Origin: an uncultured Roseburia sp.
GTDB taxonomy: Bacteria > Bacillota > Clostridia > Lachnospirales > Lachnospiraceae
NCBI GenBank assembly: GCA_964495195.1
Contig: CAZBUW010000003.1
Location: 519 to 64,518, forward strand
DNA length: 64,000 nt
Reading direction: 5' to 3'
The position numbers and the translations under genes are program-made. The notes under the pieces are model-generated. The model saw only the letters and a program-made list of their open reading frames with translations, was not told where the DNA came from and made no database searches. This document shows, in pieces, positions 28,194-38,122 of this stretch (position 1 is the stretch's first letter; each line of letters begins with the position of its first letter).

Positions 28194-29519
28194 ATGAAAA
28201 AGAAAGTTTTATCTGTACTGTTAGTGGGAGCAATGACGGCATCTATCTTGGCAGGATGCGGAGCAACTGGCGGACAGGAAACGGAGCCGAAAACAAGTGA
28301 AGGCACAGAGCCGAAAGCAAGTGAAGACAATGCTGAGGAAGCAAAAAATCCGGTCACATTAAAGACGGTATCTATGTTTGGGGGAACAGATCCAAATAAA
28401 GAGGCTTATGAGTCAATCAATGCCGATTTGATGGAGGAATACGATTACATAACAATCGAGGATAATTCACAGACTTCCGATGAAGAGTGGAAAGCAGCGG
28501 TCAATGCAGATTTTTCCGTAGGAAACGAACCGGATGTTATCCAGTTTTTCACGGATGCAACTGCAGACAGTATTATTGAAACCGGGAAATTGGTATCAAT
28601 CGATGAGATACGTGCGGAATATCCGGAGTATGCAGCAGATACCTTAGACTCCGCATTGGAGGCAGCTAAGAATACCGATGGTGTGATGAGAGCGGTTCCG
28701 ACTACCGGATACTGGGAAGGGTTATACTGCAACAAAGATTTGTTTGATCAGTACGATTTGGAGCTTCCTACTGATTGGGAGTCTTTAGAGACAGCAATCA
28801 CAACCTTTAAAGACAATGGAATCATTCCGATTGCATGTTCTTTAAATAACGTACCTCACTACTGGATCGAGTTTTTAATGCTCTATTCCGCAGGTGTGGA
28901 TGAGTATACATCCGTTCCTGAGACTGCTCCGGAAGGATGGGTAAAAGGTCTTGAGCTGTTTAAAACCTTAAGGGATATGGGAGCATTCCCGGAGGATACT
29001 GACACGGTAGACGATGCTTATATCGGACAGTTATTCCGGGATAAAAAAGCAGCTATGCAGCTTGACGGTTCCTGGTATGCAGGAAATATTGAGGACACTG
29101 ACAACACAGTTGTTATCGCATTCCCGGGTGTTCCGGATCAGAAAGCAGAAGCAGGTTCTTTGGTAGGCGGTATTTCTTCCGGATTCTATATCACAAAGAA
29201 AGCATGGGAAGATCCGGAAAAGAGAGATGCAGCAGTGAAATTTGTCATGGCTCACACCTGTCAGGCAGGAGTTCAGAAATATTGGGAAGCTACCGGAGCT
29301 GTATCACAGGCAGCAGTTGAGGTAACCCCGGTTGAAGGCGCAACGCCATTCGCGGAGTCCATTGCAGCTTATACAAGCGGCGCAAGTGCAATCGTAGCAC
29401 CGACCGATTCAAGAATTGGTGATGCTTATAAGACATTAGTGTCATATATTGTAAAAGTATCAACCGGTGATATGACAGCGGAAGATGCCATCAATGAGTC
29501 ATTAGCATTAATAAAATAA
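28194..29519 (+). CDS. ABC sugar transporter substrate-binding lipoprotein
   Basis: Lipoprotein signal MKKKVLSVLLVGAMTASILAGCG. AGGAGG RBS before ATG28194. About 440-aa family-1 solute-binding architecture. Confidence 0.85.
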   Translation: MKKKVLSVLLVGAMTASILAGCGATGGQETEPKTSEGTEPKASEDNAEEAKNPVTLKTVSMFGGTDPNKEAYESINADLMEEYDYITIEDNSQTSDEEWKAAVNADFSVGNEPDVIQFFTDATADSIIETGKLVSIDEIRAEYPEYAADTLDSALEAAKNTDGVMRAVPTTGYWEGLYCNKDLFDQYDLELPTDWESLETAITTFKDNGIIPIACSLNNVPHYWIEFLMLYSAGVDEYTSVPETAPEGWVKGLELFKTLRDMGAFPEDTDTVDDAYIGQLFRDKKAAMQLDGSWYAGNIEDTDNTVVIAFPGVPDQKAEAGSLVGGISSGFYITKKAWEDPEKRDAAVKFVMAHTCQAGVQKYWEATGAVSQAAVEVTPVEGATPFAESIAAYTSGASAIVAPTDSRIGDAYKTLVSYIVKVSTGDMTAEDAINESLALIK

Positions 29520-29532
29520 GATTTATTTAAAT

Positions 29533-29575
29533 ACGGAGGGGCTGCTTTGCCCAAAGCTGGTCCCTTCGTTTTTTA
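29533..29575 (+). terminator. hairpin + T tract between the binding-protein and permease genes (partial terminator / mRNA stabiliser)
   Basis: ACGGAGGGGCTG...CTGGTCCCTTCGT imperfect stem followed by TTTTTT. Confidence 0.5.
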
Positions 29576-29619
29576 TACCCAAAAAAGAGAGTTTTTGGAA
29601 AAAGAAAGGTGGAAGAAAG

Positions 29620-30588
29620 ATGTTATATAAGAAAAAATGGCCGTTGGTGGTGTTTTTAGTACCGGGTTTACTATTTATGCTGATCTTTCTTTACATACCG
29701 TTTGTTGAAAATATTAAGAACAGTTTTTATGATATGTCGGCAATCGTAAAGATGCCGGGAACAGAATGGAAGTTTATTGGATTTGAAAATTACAAGAGAT
29801 TGTTTACGGATACAGATGTGAGGACGGCGTTGATAAACTCCATGAAAATGATGGTATTGACGGTTATTTTTGAGGTGGGAGTTGCTTTTATCTTAGCCGT
29901 ATTGGTATCTCAGGTGAAGAGACTCCAGCAGCTGTTTCGTACCGTCTACTTTTTTCCGGTAGTTATTTCTGCAACAGCAATCGGTCTGTTGTTTAAATTG
30001 TTCTATAACTATAATGGCGGTATGTTGAATCAGATACTGGAATTTTTCGGAAAGGAACCGGTCAACTGGCTTGCGCCGGAACTCGCATTTATCATGGTAT
30101 GTATTCCTACTTTGTGGAGTTACATCGGATTTTATTTTGTAATTCTTCTGACAGGGTTAAGCGACATACCGGATGATATATATGAAGCGGCATCCATTGA
30201 CGGATGCAACCGTTTTAAGCAGGTATTTTATATTACACTGCCTATGATGAGACAGGTATTTTTTACCTGCGTTACCCTTGCGGTAACCGGGGCACTAAAG
30301 GTATTTGACCTTCCGTGGGTTATGGTTCCAAATGGAGCACCGCAGGGATTGACACATTTTCTCGGTACCTATATGTATCAACAGACCTTTGGACTTAATA
30401 ATTATGATTATGGTTCTACACTTGCGGTGTTAATCGTTATTTTAGGAATCCTTGTATCAAAGGGAATCGGATTTCTGACAGAGGATAAGGATGAACGTTT
30501 AGAGAAGAAAACAAAACGTGCCAGGGAAAGAGCGATGAAAAAAACGGCTTCCGGAGGCATAAAAGTGCAGAAAAAGGGGGTGGCATAG
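29620..30588 (+). CDS. carbohydrate ABC transporter permease (MalF/UgpA type)
   Basis: Six hydrophobic segments and EAA loop YEAASIDGCNRFKQVFYITLP. Confidence 0.9.
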   Translation: MLYKKKWPLVVFLVPGLLFMLIFLYIPFVENIKNSFYDMSAIVKMPGTEWKFIGFENYKRLFTDTDVRTALINSMKMMVLTVIFEVGVAFILAVLVSQVKRLQQLFRTVYFFPVVISATAIGLLFKLFYNYNGGMLNQILEFFGKEPVNWLAPELAFIMVCIPTLWSYIGFYFVILLTGLSDIPDDIYEAASIDGCNRFKQVFYITLPMMRQVFFTCVTLAVTGALKVFDLPWVMVPNGAPQGLTHFLGTYMYQQTFGLNNYDYGSTLAVLIVILGILVSKGIGFLTEDKDERLEKKTKRARERAMKKTASGGIKVQKKGVA

Positions 30589-31455
30589 ATGGATGCAGCA
30601 GTACAGATAAAAACAACTGCCAAAAAAAGAAAAAAGGTAAAGATCAGTACGGTCGTGATTTATGCCATATTGATTTTTTGGGCACTTCTTACCATCTTTC
30701 CGTTCGTGTGGGTGGTAATAAACTCCTTTAAACCGTCGGCGGACGTACTTCGCAATTCCTTCGCACTGCCGAATCCCTTCACGATGATGAACTATGAGAA
30801 TGCTTTCGGAAAGCTGAATGTATTAAACGCATACGGTTACAGCTTTACGATTTCCGGTTCGGTAACGGTTGGCGTTATGGTGTTTGCTTCACTGATGGCA
30901 TTTGGACTTACCAGATATCAGTTTAAAGGAAAACAATTGGTGCGAAGCCTGATTGTGGCAAGCCTGATGTTTCCGGTTTTTGCCACCATTATTCCGGTGT
31001 TCCGGATGATTGTGGAATGGGGACTCTTGAGTAAAAATATCGCGGTTATCCTTCCGCAGATTGCAGGAAACTTAAGTTTTGCAACCATTGTTATGACAGG
31101 ATTTATGCAGAGCATTCCGCTGGAAATGGAGGAAGCTGCCTATATGGAGGGAGCAAATGTATTTCAGGTATTTGGCAAAATTATTGTTCCACTCTGCCGC
31201 CCGTCGCTTGCAACAGTGGCAATATTTAGCTTCCTGTGGTCCTACAATGATTTGTTTGTGCAGAAAATTATGATTCGAGATCCGAAAAAATATCCGATTT
31301 CTACGCTTCTCGAACAGATTAGTTCCCAGTATGGAACAGATTTCGGATTGATGGCAGCATCCGTAACCATTATTGTAATTCCGGTTATGATTGTTTATGT
31401 AGTATTGCAGAAAAACATTATTAAAGGATTGACAGCCGGTGCAATTAAAGGTTAG
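30589..31455 (+). CDS. carbohydrate ABC transporter permease (MalG/UgpE type)
   Basis: EAA loop EEAAYMEGANVFQVFGKIIVP. The start abuts the upstream stop codon. Confidence 0.9.
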   Translation: MDAAVQIKTTAKKRKKVKISTVVIYAILIFWALLTIFPFVWVVINSFKPSADVLRNSFALPNPFTMMNYENAFGKLNVLNAYGYSFTISGSVTVGVMVFASLMAFGLTRYQFKGKQLVRSLIVASLMFPVFATIIPVFRMIVEWGLLSKNIAVILPQIAGNLSFATIVMTGFMQSIPLEMEEAAYMEGANVFQVFGKIIVPLCRPSLATVAIFSFLWSYNDLFVQKIMIRDPKKYPISTLLEQISSQYGTDFGLMAASVTIIVIPVMIVYVVLQKNIIKGLTAGAIKG

Positions 31456-31547
31456 AATTTATATTAAGAAGGTAAGTATTAATAATAAGAAAGAGAAGAA
31501 CGACGACGCTCAGTTTGGGTGTCGTCGTCTCTGTATGAGGGATTTTT

Positions 31548-32312
31548 ATGTATAAAGTGATGATTGTAGATGATGAACCGATTATTGTGGAGGGGTTGTC
31601 CAGGAGCATCGCATGGGAGAGATGGAATTGTGAAATTGTGGCGACCGCCAATGACGGGTTAGAGGGGAAAAATTTAATCGAGGAAAAGAAACCGGACATT
31701 GTTTTTATGGATATCTTTATGCCGGAAATGGATGGACTTGCCATGATTGCAGCCATCAATTCCCAGTTCCCGGACTTAGAGGTCTGTGTTCTGACGGGAT
31801 ACCGCGACTTTGAATATGCAAAAGAGGCCATCCGGCTTGGAGTGACGCGTTTTCTGCTCAAGCCATCCAATATGGATGAATTGGAGGAAGCAATCGAGAC
31901 GATGTGCCGAAATTTGAAAAAGAAGGGTATTACCGGGGAAGACATGAAAGGAAACGGGGAGAAGGAGCATAGTGAGAGCGCTTCTAGCAGCTTTATCGTG
32001 AAGAATGCACTTCGCTATATGGAAGAAAATTATACGCAGAAGCTTACCCTCGGTGAGGTGGCGGAAAAGACGTATGTAAGTCAATGGCATTTGAGCAAGC
32101 TTTTGAATCGTCATACGGGGCAGAGCTTTTCGGATATCCTGAATCATGTGCGCATTGAACATGCAAAAGAATTGTTAAAAGACCCTGCTCTCCGTATTGG
32201 CGATATCTCCGAACAGGTTGGATTTTTGGATTTGGCTCATTTTTCACGGGTGTTCAAAAAGCAGGAGGGAGTATCTGCCAATGAGTACCGGAATAAGGTG
32301 CTTGGAAAGTAG
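31548..32312 (+). CDS. YesN-type response regulator (REC + AraC-family HTH)
   Basis: MIVDDEPII .. DIFMPEMDG .. LLKP receiver, plus a C-terminal AraC HTH (SQWHLSKLLNRHTGQSF ... FSRVFKKQEGVSANEYR). Confidence 0.9.
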   Translation: MYKVMIVDDEPIIVEGLSRSIAWERWNCEIVATANDGLEGKNLIEEKKPDIVFMDIFMPEMDGLAMIAAINSQFPDLEVCVLTGYRDFEYAKEAIRLGVTRFLLKPSNMDELEEAIETMCRNLKKKGITGEDMKGNGEKEHSESASSSFIVKNALRYMEENYTQKLTLGEVAEKTYVSQWHLSKLLNRHTGQSFSDILNHVRIEHAKELLKDPALRIGDISEQVGFLDLAHFSRVFKKQEGVSANEYRNKVLGK

Positions 32313-32456
32313 AGGATGCCCGACCTTGCCTTTTTTTATCCCTGCTTGCGCATATGCCCGGTAAGCCTTGAAACAAGTTGTTTTTGCTGTTAGAGTCTAA
32401 TTAGAAGCCACGGATGGAAGTGGAGTCGGATTATCATTTAGATAGGGGATTGGACA

Positions 32457-33188
32457 ATGAACATTATTAAAGCAAAAGATTATCAGGACATGAGCAGAAA
32501 AGCGGCCAATATTATTTCGGCACAGATTATTATGAAACCGGACTGTGTGCTTGGGCTGGCAACCGGTTCTACACCGATTGGTACATACAGACAGTTGGTT
32601 GACTGGTATGAAAAGGGGGATTTGGACTTTTCGAAGGTCTCCACTGTAAATCTGGATGAGTACCGGGGATTAAAACATACGGACCCTCAGAGCTATTATT
32701 ACTTTATGCGTGAGAATCTGTTCGGGCATGTAAATATCCGGGAGGAGGCAGCTTTTGTTCCGGACGGTGAAAATGAAGATGCAAAGGCGGCCTGTGAGAA
32801 ACATGAGGAGATTATCCGGTCGCTTGGAGGGATTGATCTGCAGCTTCTCGGTCTTGGAAATAACGGACATATCGGTTTTAATGAGCCGGGGGAAGCTTTT
32901 GAGAAAGAGACTCACTGCGTAGATTTGACAAAGAGCACGATTGAAGCAAATTCGCGTTTTTTTGATTCCATTGATGAGGTGCCGACACAGGCATATACTA
33001 TGGGAATCCGCACGATTATGCAGGCGAAGAAAATTCTTGTTGTTGCGAACGGAGAGGGAAAGGCTGACATCGTGGCACGGGCATTCTTTGGACCGGTGAC
33101 GCCTGAGGTTCCGGCATCTATTTTGCAGATGCACCCGGATGTGACCGTCGTTGCAGATGAGGCGGCGCTTTCTAAGATACCGATGTAA
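32457..33188 (+). CDS. nagB: glucosamine-6-phosphate deaminase
   Basis: 243 aa with LGLATGSTP and LGLGNNGHIGFNEPG motifs. Confidence 0.92.
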   Translation: MNIIKAKDYQDMSRKAANIISAQIIMKPDCVLGLATGSTPIGTYRQLVDWYEKGDLDFSKVSTVNLDEYRGLKHTDPQSYYYFMRENLFGHVNIREEAAFVPDGENEDAKAACEKHEEIIRSLGGIDLQLLGLGNNGHIGFNEPGEAFEKETHCVDLTKSTIEANSRFFDSIDEVPTQAYTMGIRTIMQAKKILVVANGEGKADIVARAFFGPVTPEVPASILQMHPDVTVVADEAALSKIPM

Positions 33189-33221
33189 ATAGGATGAATC
33201 CGAAAGGAGTAAGGGAGAAAA

Positions 33222-34364
33222 ATGGTTGTCAAAAACGCGCTTGTTTTTACTTTGGAACAGGGATTTGTGGAAAAAGAGGTTGTCATTGAGGAGGGATATT
33301 TTACCGGGAAAAAGAGGGAGCCGTTTGAGGGAGAGGCGGTCATTGACGCGGCGGGAGATTATTTGATACCGGGACTTGTGGATATCCATTTTCACGGCTG
33401 CGCCGGGTATGATTTTTCCGATGGAACGCCGGAGGCGTTAGATGCCATCGGTACCTATGAGTTAAAATGCGGTATTACCTCTATCTGTCCGGCATCTATG
33501 ACGTTGGCGGAAGATACGCTGGTTTCTGTCTGCGAAAATGCTGCTGCCTATCGGGAGCATTGCAGGGGGCGGCAGGGCTCGAGATTGTGCGGCATTCATT
33601 TAGAGGGACCTTTTATCTCTCTGGAGAAAAAGGGAGCACAGAATCCTGCTTTTATCCGGAAACCGGATGCGGCTGTTTTTCATCGTTTGCAGGATGCGGC
33701 AGGCGGGCTGGTACGGTTGATTACGATTGCGCCGGAAACAGAGGGAGCGGATGCTTTTATCCGGGAACTGGAATCTGAGGTTCATATTTCTGTTGGACAT
33801 ACCACAAGCGATTACGAGACTGCTTATCAGGCATTTTCTCTTGGCGCCGACCATGTGACGCATTTTTTCAATGCGATGCCGGGTTTTTCCCATCGTGAGC
33901 CGGGGGTGATTGGGGCAGCATTTGATGCGAAGCATGTGATGCCGGAAATGATCTGTGACGGTATTCATATTGCTCCGCCTGCGGTGCGTGTTGCCTTTGA
34001 GCTCTTTGGAGCGGAGCGGATGATTCTAATTAGCGACAGTATGATGGCGACGGGAATGCCGGATGGAGAGTATTCTCTTGGCGGGCTTCCTGTGAAGGTG
34101 ACGGGGAATCTGGCAACGTTGCAGGACGGAACGCTTGCCGGCTCTGCCACCAATCTGATGGACTGTATGCGGACGGCGGTTTCCATGGGAATTCCGCTTG
34201 AGACAGCTGTTCGGTGTGCAACCTATAATCCGGCGAAATCCATCGGTGTGGAGGATGTGTGCGGCAGGATTGCAGCAGGTACCTATGGAGACTGCGTTAT
34301 TTTATCGAAAGAGGATTTATCCACCCGGGAAGTGATTTTAGGCGGCCAGATTGTGAAGAGATAA
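33222..34364 (+). CDS. nagA: N-acetylglucosamine-6-phosphate deacetylase
   Basis: 380 aa with GLVDIHFHG, HLEGPFIS, GHT and SDSMMATGMPDG motifs of the amidohydrolase NagA. Confidence 0.9.
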   Translation: MVVKNALVFTLEQGFVEKEVVIEEGYFTGKKREPFEGEAVIDAAGDYLIPGLVDIHFHGCAGYDFSDGTPEALDAIGTYELKCGITSICPASMTLAEDTLVSVCENAAAYREHCRGRQGSRLCGIHLEGPFISLEKKGAQNPAFIRKPDAAVFHRLQDAAGGLVRLITIAPETEGADAFIRELESEVHISVGHTTSDYETAYQAFSLGADHVTHFFNAMPGFSHREPGVIGAAFDAKHVMPEMICDGIHIAPPAVRVAFELFGAERMILISDSMMATGMPDGEYSLGGLPVKVTGNLATLQDGTLAGSATNLMDCMRTAVSMGIPLETAVRCATYNPAKSIGVEDVCGRIAAGTYGDCVILSKEDLSTREVILGGQIVKR

Positions 34365-34525
34365 ATGTTATTTTGAAAATGAGGTAACCTCATAAAGTCT
34401 GTCTTTATGGGATTATCTCATTTTTTAATTTGCGGTTTGCAGATTTTATAAGAGCTGCAAGTACTTTTTGTGTCTGAATATTGCGCAAAAAATGGTGTAA
34501 TAGGGGCTAAAATGGCGTAATTAAT

Positions 34526-34554
34526 TTGAAATTGACTGATAATTGTGCTATAAT
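34526..34554 (+). promoter_or_regulatory. strong promoter TTGAAA-17-(TGc)TATAAT upstream of the NUDIX gene
   Basis: TTGAAA at 34526-34531, TG at 34546-34547, TATAAT at 34549-34554. Confidence 0.6.
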
Positions 34555-34605
34555 TGATAGCAGAAAAAGTGTATCACAGGTGAGATTAGGCAGGAGAGAA
34601 AAAAC

Positions 34606-35121
34606 ATGGAGATTCTGGCAGTATTTGACGCAAAAGATTATCAGAACACGGTTGAAGTTTATGAAAAGTATTCGGTGCGCGGAATCATTCTGCAAGATGG
34701 AAAACTTGCGATGCAGTGCAGCAGAGATGGCGAGTATAAGATTCCAGGGGGAGGAGTTGAAGACGGAGAAAATTTTACACAGGCGTTAGTACGGGAGGTG
34801 CTTGAGGAGACAGGGCTTCATGTGAAACATGAGAGTGTTCGGGAAATAGGAGAGATTAGGGAAGTCCGAAGAGATTTGTTTGACAAAAAGAAGAAATACA
34901 TCTGTCATTCTCTTTTTTACTATTGTGAAGTGGAAGACCGGCAGGATGAGCTTTCGCTGACGGAAAGTGAGAAGGCGAAGGGGTATGAGATGAAATGGGC
35001 AGTACCGGAGGATGTTTACAAGAGTAATATTCTGAGGGAGAAGGACCCATGGATTGTCCGGGATACGGCATTTGTAAAGATGATAATCGATCGAAAAGTC
35101 GTATTGCCGGAACAAAAATAA
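34606..35121 (+). CDS. NUDIX hydrolase
   Basis: Nudix box GGGVEDGENFTQALVREVLEETGL. Confidence 0.85.
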   Translation: MEILAVFDAKDYQNTVEVYEKYSVRGIILQDGKLAMQCSRDGEYKIPGGGVEDGENFTQALVREVLEETGLHVKHESVREIGEIREVRRDLFDKKKKYICHSLFYYCEVEDRQDELSLTESEKAKGYEMKWAVPEDVYKSNILREKDPWIVRDTAFVKMIIDRKVVLPEQK

Positions 35122-35144
35122 ACAAATGAAAGGATGGATAGAAA

Positions 35145-36620
35145 ATGGATTTAAAGAAAAGACAGAATCAGGACAACAACAGAATTGCTTATGTGATAGG
35201 GTTGCTTATTTTAGGAGTGCTGGAGGCAATTAATATCATGTCATTGCTCGGGGGAGTAGGAAATCCGATAGCACTGATTGCGCGCACTTTGTTAAATGCA
35301 GTTTTGATAATTGTTCTGATTGTTTCCTATGCAAAATTTAAATATGACAACAAGTATCAGTATGTGAGTGTGATATCTATGCTGATTGCCTATGTAGTGT
35401 TGACATTTGCAAGTGCGAATACCGCAATGTACGCTTTAGTTTACCCGATCCTTCTGATTGCAGTACTGTATGTAGACCAGAAGTTTGCACTGTGGATTGT
35501 TATCCCGGCGGCAGCACTGAATATTATCAACTGTGTGAGAATATGTATGACGAACTCGGATTTGTCAGATCGGGTGGTCATCGAGACGATGTTTGCAGTT
35601 ACAACAACAATTATTTCATATATTGTAGTCAAGATGTTGGTAAAGCACACGGATGAGAGCGTTACCGCAGTCAAAGAGCAGATGGATGCGAGTGAGCGAG
35701 TTGCATTTGAAATTATCGGATTGTCCGAACGGTTGTCCGAGAAGTTTGATGTTGCAAAAGAGAATGCCTCTGTATTGACGGACAGCATGGAGAACAGTCA
35801 CAATTCTGTAAAAGAGATTGCATCGAGTGTCAGAGTGACGGCGGAGGCAATTGAGCAGCAGACGATGATGACAAATGACATTCAGACAAGTCTTCAGAGT
35901 GCAGAGGAAGAGACTTCATCGATGAAAGAGGCGTCGAAAGTTTCAAAAGATGCCATTGTCGAGGGCGCAGCTATTGTGAAAGAACTGAAGGAGAAGGCTG
36001 AGCGTACCGCAGAGATTAACCTTGCGACGAGAAGTACAACGGAAGAGCTGAACAACCGAATCAAAGAAGTGGAGGTCATTATCGGAACAATCAAGAGTAT
36101 TTCCGACCAGACCAATCTTTTGTCCTTAAATGCATCGATTGAGGCAGCGAGAGCAGGGGAGGCAGGAAAAGGGTTTGCAGTTGTTGCAGATGAAATCCGA
36201 AAACTTTCCGAGGAGACACAGGGGTCTACCGGAAAGATTACGGAGATTATCGAGAAACTGACTGCAGATGTAGAGCAGGCTTCCATCAATATGCAGAAAG
36301 CAGCGGAAACTTCCGATGAGCAGAATGAAATGGTGGAGGCGACCGGAGAGAAATTCGGACTTATCGAGGAGAATGTCGAGGTTCTGCATGAATCTGTCGC
36401 ACATTTGACAGAAGAGGTAGATGGAATCGTAACTTCCAATACGCAGATTAATGACAGTATCACAAATCTCTCGGCGACCAGCCAGGAGGTATCTGCTTCC
36501 GCAGACGAGAGCATCTCTGTATTTGAGACCTGTATGAAGGCATTGAATGAACTGAATGCCAGCCTCGGTGAGATTCATGAAATTTCAGACCAGATGAAAG
36601 AACTGGTTCAGAAGAAGTAA
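35145..36620 (+). CDS. methyl-accepting chemotaxis protein with a polytopic N-terminal membrane domain
   Basis: Several N-terminal TM helices, then the signalling domain [30 protein letters not shown]. Confidence 0.9.
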   Translation: MDLKKRQNQDNNRIAYVIGLLILGVLEAINIMSLLGGVGNPIALIARTLLNAVLIIVLIVSYAKFKYDNKYQYVSVISMLIAYVVLTFASANTAMYALVYPILLIAVLYVDQKFALWIVIPAAALNIINCVRICMTNSDLSDRVVIETMFAVTTTIISYIVVKMLVKHTDESVTAVKEQMDASERVAFEIIGLSERLSEKFDVAKENASVLTDSMENSHNSVKEIASSVRVTAEAIEQQTMMTNDIQTSLQSAEEETSSMKEASKVSKDAIVEGAAIVKELKEKAERTAEINLATRSTTEELNNRIKEVEVIIGTIKSISDQTNLLSLNASIEAARAGEAGKGFAVVADEIRKLSEETQGSTGKITEIIEKLTADVEQASINMQKAAETSDEQNEMVEATGEKFGLIEENVEVLHESVAHLTEEVDGIVTSNTQINDSITNLSATSQEVSASADESISVFETCMKALNELNASLGEIHEISDQMKELVQKK

Positions 36621-36630
36621 GGGATGTGTA

Positions 36631-36660
36631 AAAAAGTGCCGCAGCAGCGGCACTTTTTTT
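36631..36660 (+). terminator. intrinsic terminator after the MCP gene
   Basis: AGTGCCGC-AGCA-GCGGCACT followed by TTTTTTT. Confidence 0.85.
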
Positions 36661-36760
36661 GTGGAAGATTAGATTGAGATGTGTTATAATGAGTGACATG
36701 TATAGACTGTCACCGAAGAGAGTGGGAAAAATAGTGGAAAAATAGAAAAGGAGAAGCAGC

Positions 36761-37231
36761 ATGGAAGAGAATTTTATTACGTTGACAATCGGAAAACAGA
36801 AAAATATTGCACTGATAGCGCATGACAATAAAAAAGCATCTCTGATTGAATGGTGCGAAGAGAATAAAGAGATATTGAAAAATCATTTTCTGTGTGGAAC
36901 GGGAACGACCGCCCGGATGATTACAGACAGGACAAACCTGCCGGTGCGCGGTTATAACAGCGGACCGCTCGGGGGAGACCAGCAGATTGGAGCTAAGATT
37001 GTGGAGGGCAAAATCGATCTGATTATTTTCTTTTCCGACCCTCTGACTGCACAGCCGCATGACCCGGATGTGAAGGCACTGCTCCGCATCGCACAGGTTT
37101 ATGATATCCCGATTGCAAACAACAAGGCTACGGCAGATTTTATCATTAAATCGGAGTATATGAGCAGCGAATATGAGCATGAAATCATCAATTTTAAGAA
37201 AAATATTAAGGAACGTTCAGAAACATTATAG
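36761..37231 (+). CDS. mgsA: methylglyoxal synthase
   Basis: IALIAHDNKK, GTGTTA, GPLGGDQQIG, DPLTAQPHDPDVKALLR. Confidence 0.9.
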   Translation: MEENFITLTIGKQKNIALIAHDNKKASLIEWCEENKEILKNHFLCGTGTTARMITDRTNLPVRGYNSGPLGGDQQIGAKIVEGKIDLIIFFSDPLTAQPHDPDVKALLRIAQVYDIPIANNKATADFIIKSEYMSSEYEHEIINFKKNIKERSETL

Positions 37232-37245
37232 GAGGTAGCAGAAGA

Positions 37246-38121
37246 ATGAAAAAGATTGCAATTGTTTCTGATAGCAATAGTGGTATTACACAGAGCGAGG
37301 CAAAAGAGTTAGGAATTACGATTGTACCGATGCCGTTTTTTATCAACGGGGAAACATTATATGAAGATATTGACCTGACACAGGATGAGTTCTATCAGAA
37401 ATTGAAGGATGACGTGGAGATTTCGACCTCCATGCCATTAGTCGGCAGTGTGACAGATCTGTGGGATGAACTTCTGAAAGAAAACGACGAGGTTGTCTAT
37501 ATTCCAATGTCCTCCGGGCTCAGCAGTTCCTGCGAGACGGCATATATGCTCTCATTAGATTATGATGGGAGAGTGCAGGTGGTGAATAACCAGAGGATTT
37601 CCGTGACGCAGCGCCAGTCGGTATTAGATGCAATGGAGCTTGCCAGGGCAGGAAAGAGTGCGGCTGAGATTAAAGAGATTTTGGAGAGAGAGAAGATGGA
37701 ATCCTCCATCTACATCATGGTAGACACCCTCTATTATCTGAAAAAGGGCGGTAGGATTACGGCTGCGGCTGCGGCGCTCGGCACGCTTTTGAAATTGAAG
37801 CCGGTATTACAGATTCAGGGTGAGAAGCTGGATGCGTTTGCGAAGGCGAGAACAGTGAAGCAGGCGAAGAGCATTATGATTGAAGCGATGAAGAACGACT
37901 TTGCGAACCGTTTTCACGATGAGAAAGGGGAGCATCTCTACTTAGAAATGGCGTATACGCATAATGAGGAGGAGGCAAAGGCATTCAAAAAAGAGGTTGA
38001 GGAGGCGTTCCCGGGCATGGAGATTGTTATGAATCCATTGTCATTGAGCATCTCCTGTCACATTGGACCGGGCTCGCTTGCCATCGCATGTTCAAAGAAG
38101 ATTCCTGAGTTAGAAAGTTAA
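37246..38121 (+). CDS. DegV-family fatty-acid-binding protein
   Basis: 291 aa with IAIVSDSNSGI... and YYLKKGGRI motifs. Confidence 0.9.
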   Translation: MKKIAIVSDSNSGITQSEAKELGITIVPMPFFINGETLYEDIDLTQDEFYQKLKDDVEISTSMPLVGSVTDLWDELLKENDEVVYIPMSSGLSSSCETAYMLSLDYDGRVQVVNNQRISVTQRQSVLDAMELARAGKSAAEIKEILEREKMESSIYIMVDTLYYLKKGGRITAAAAALGTLLKLKPVLQIQGEKLDAFAKARTVKQAKSIMIEAMKNDFANRFHDEKGEHLYLEMAYTHNEEEAKAFKKEVEEAFPGMEIVMNPLSLSISCHIGPGSLAIACSKKIPELES

Positions 38122-38122
38122 G

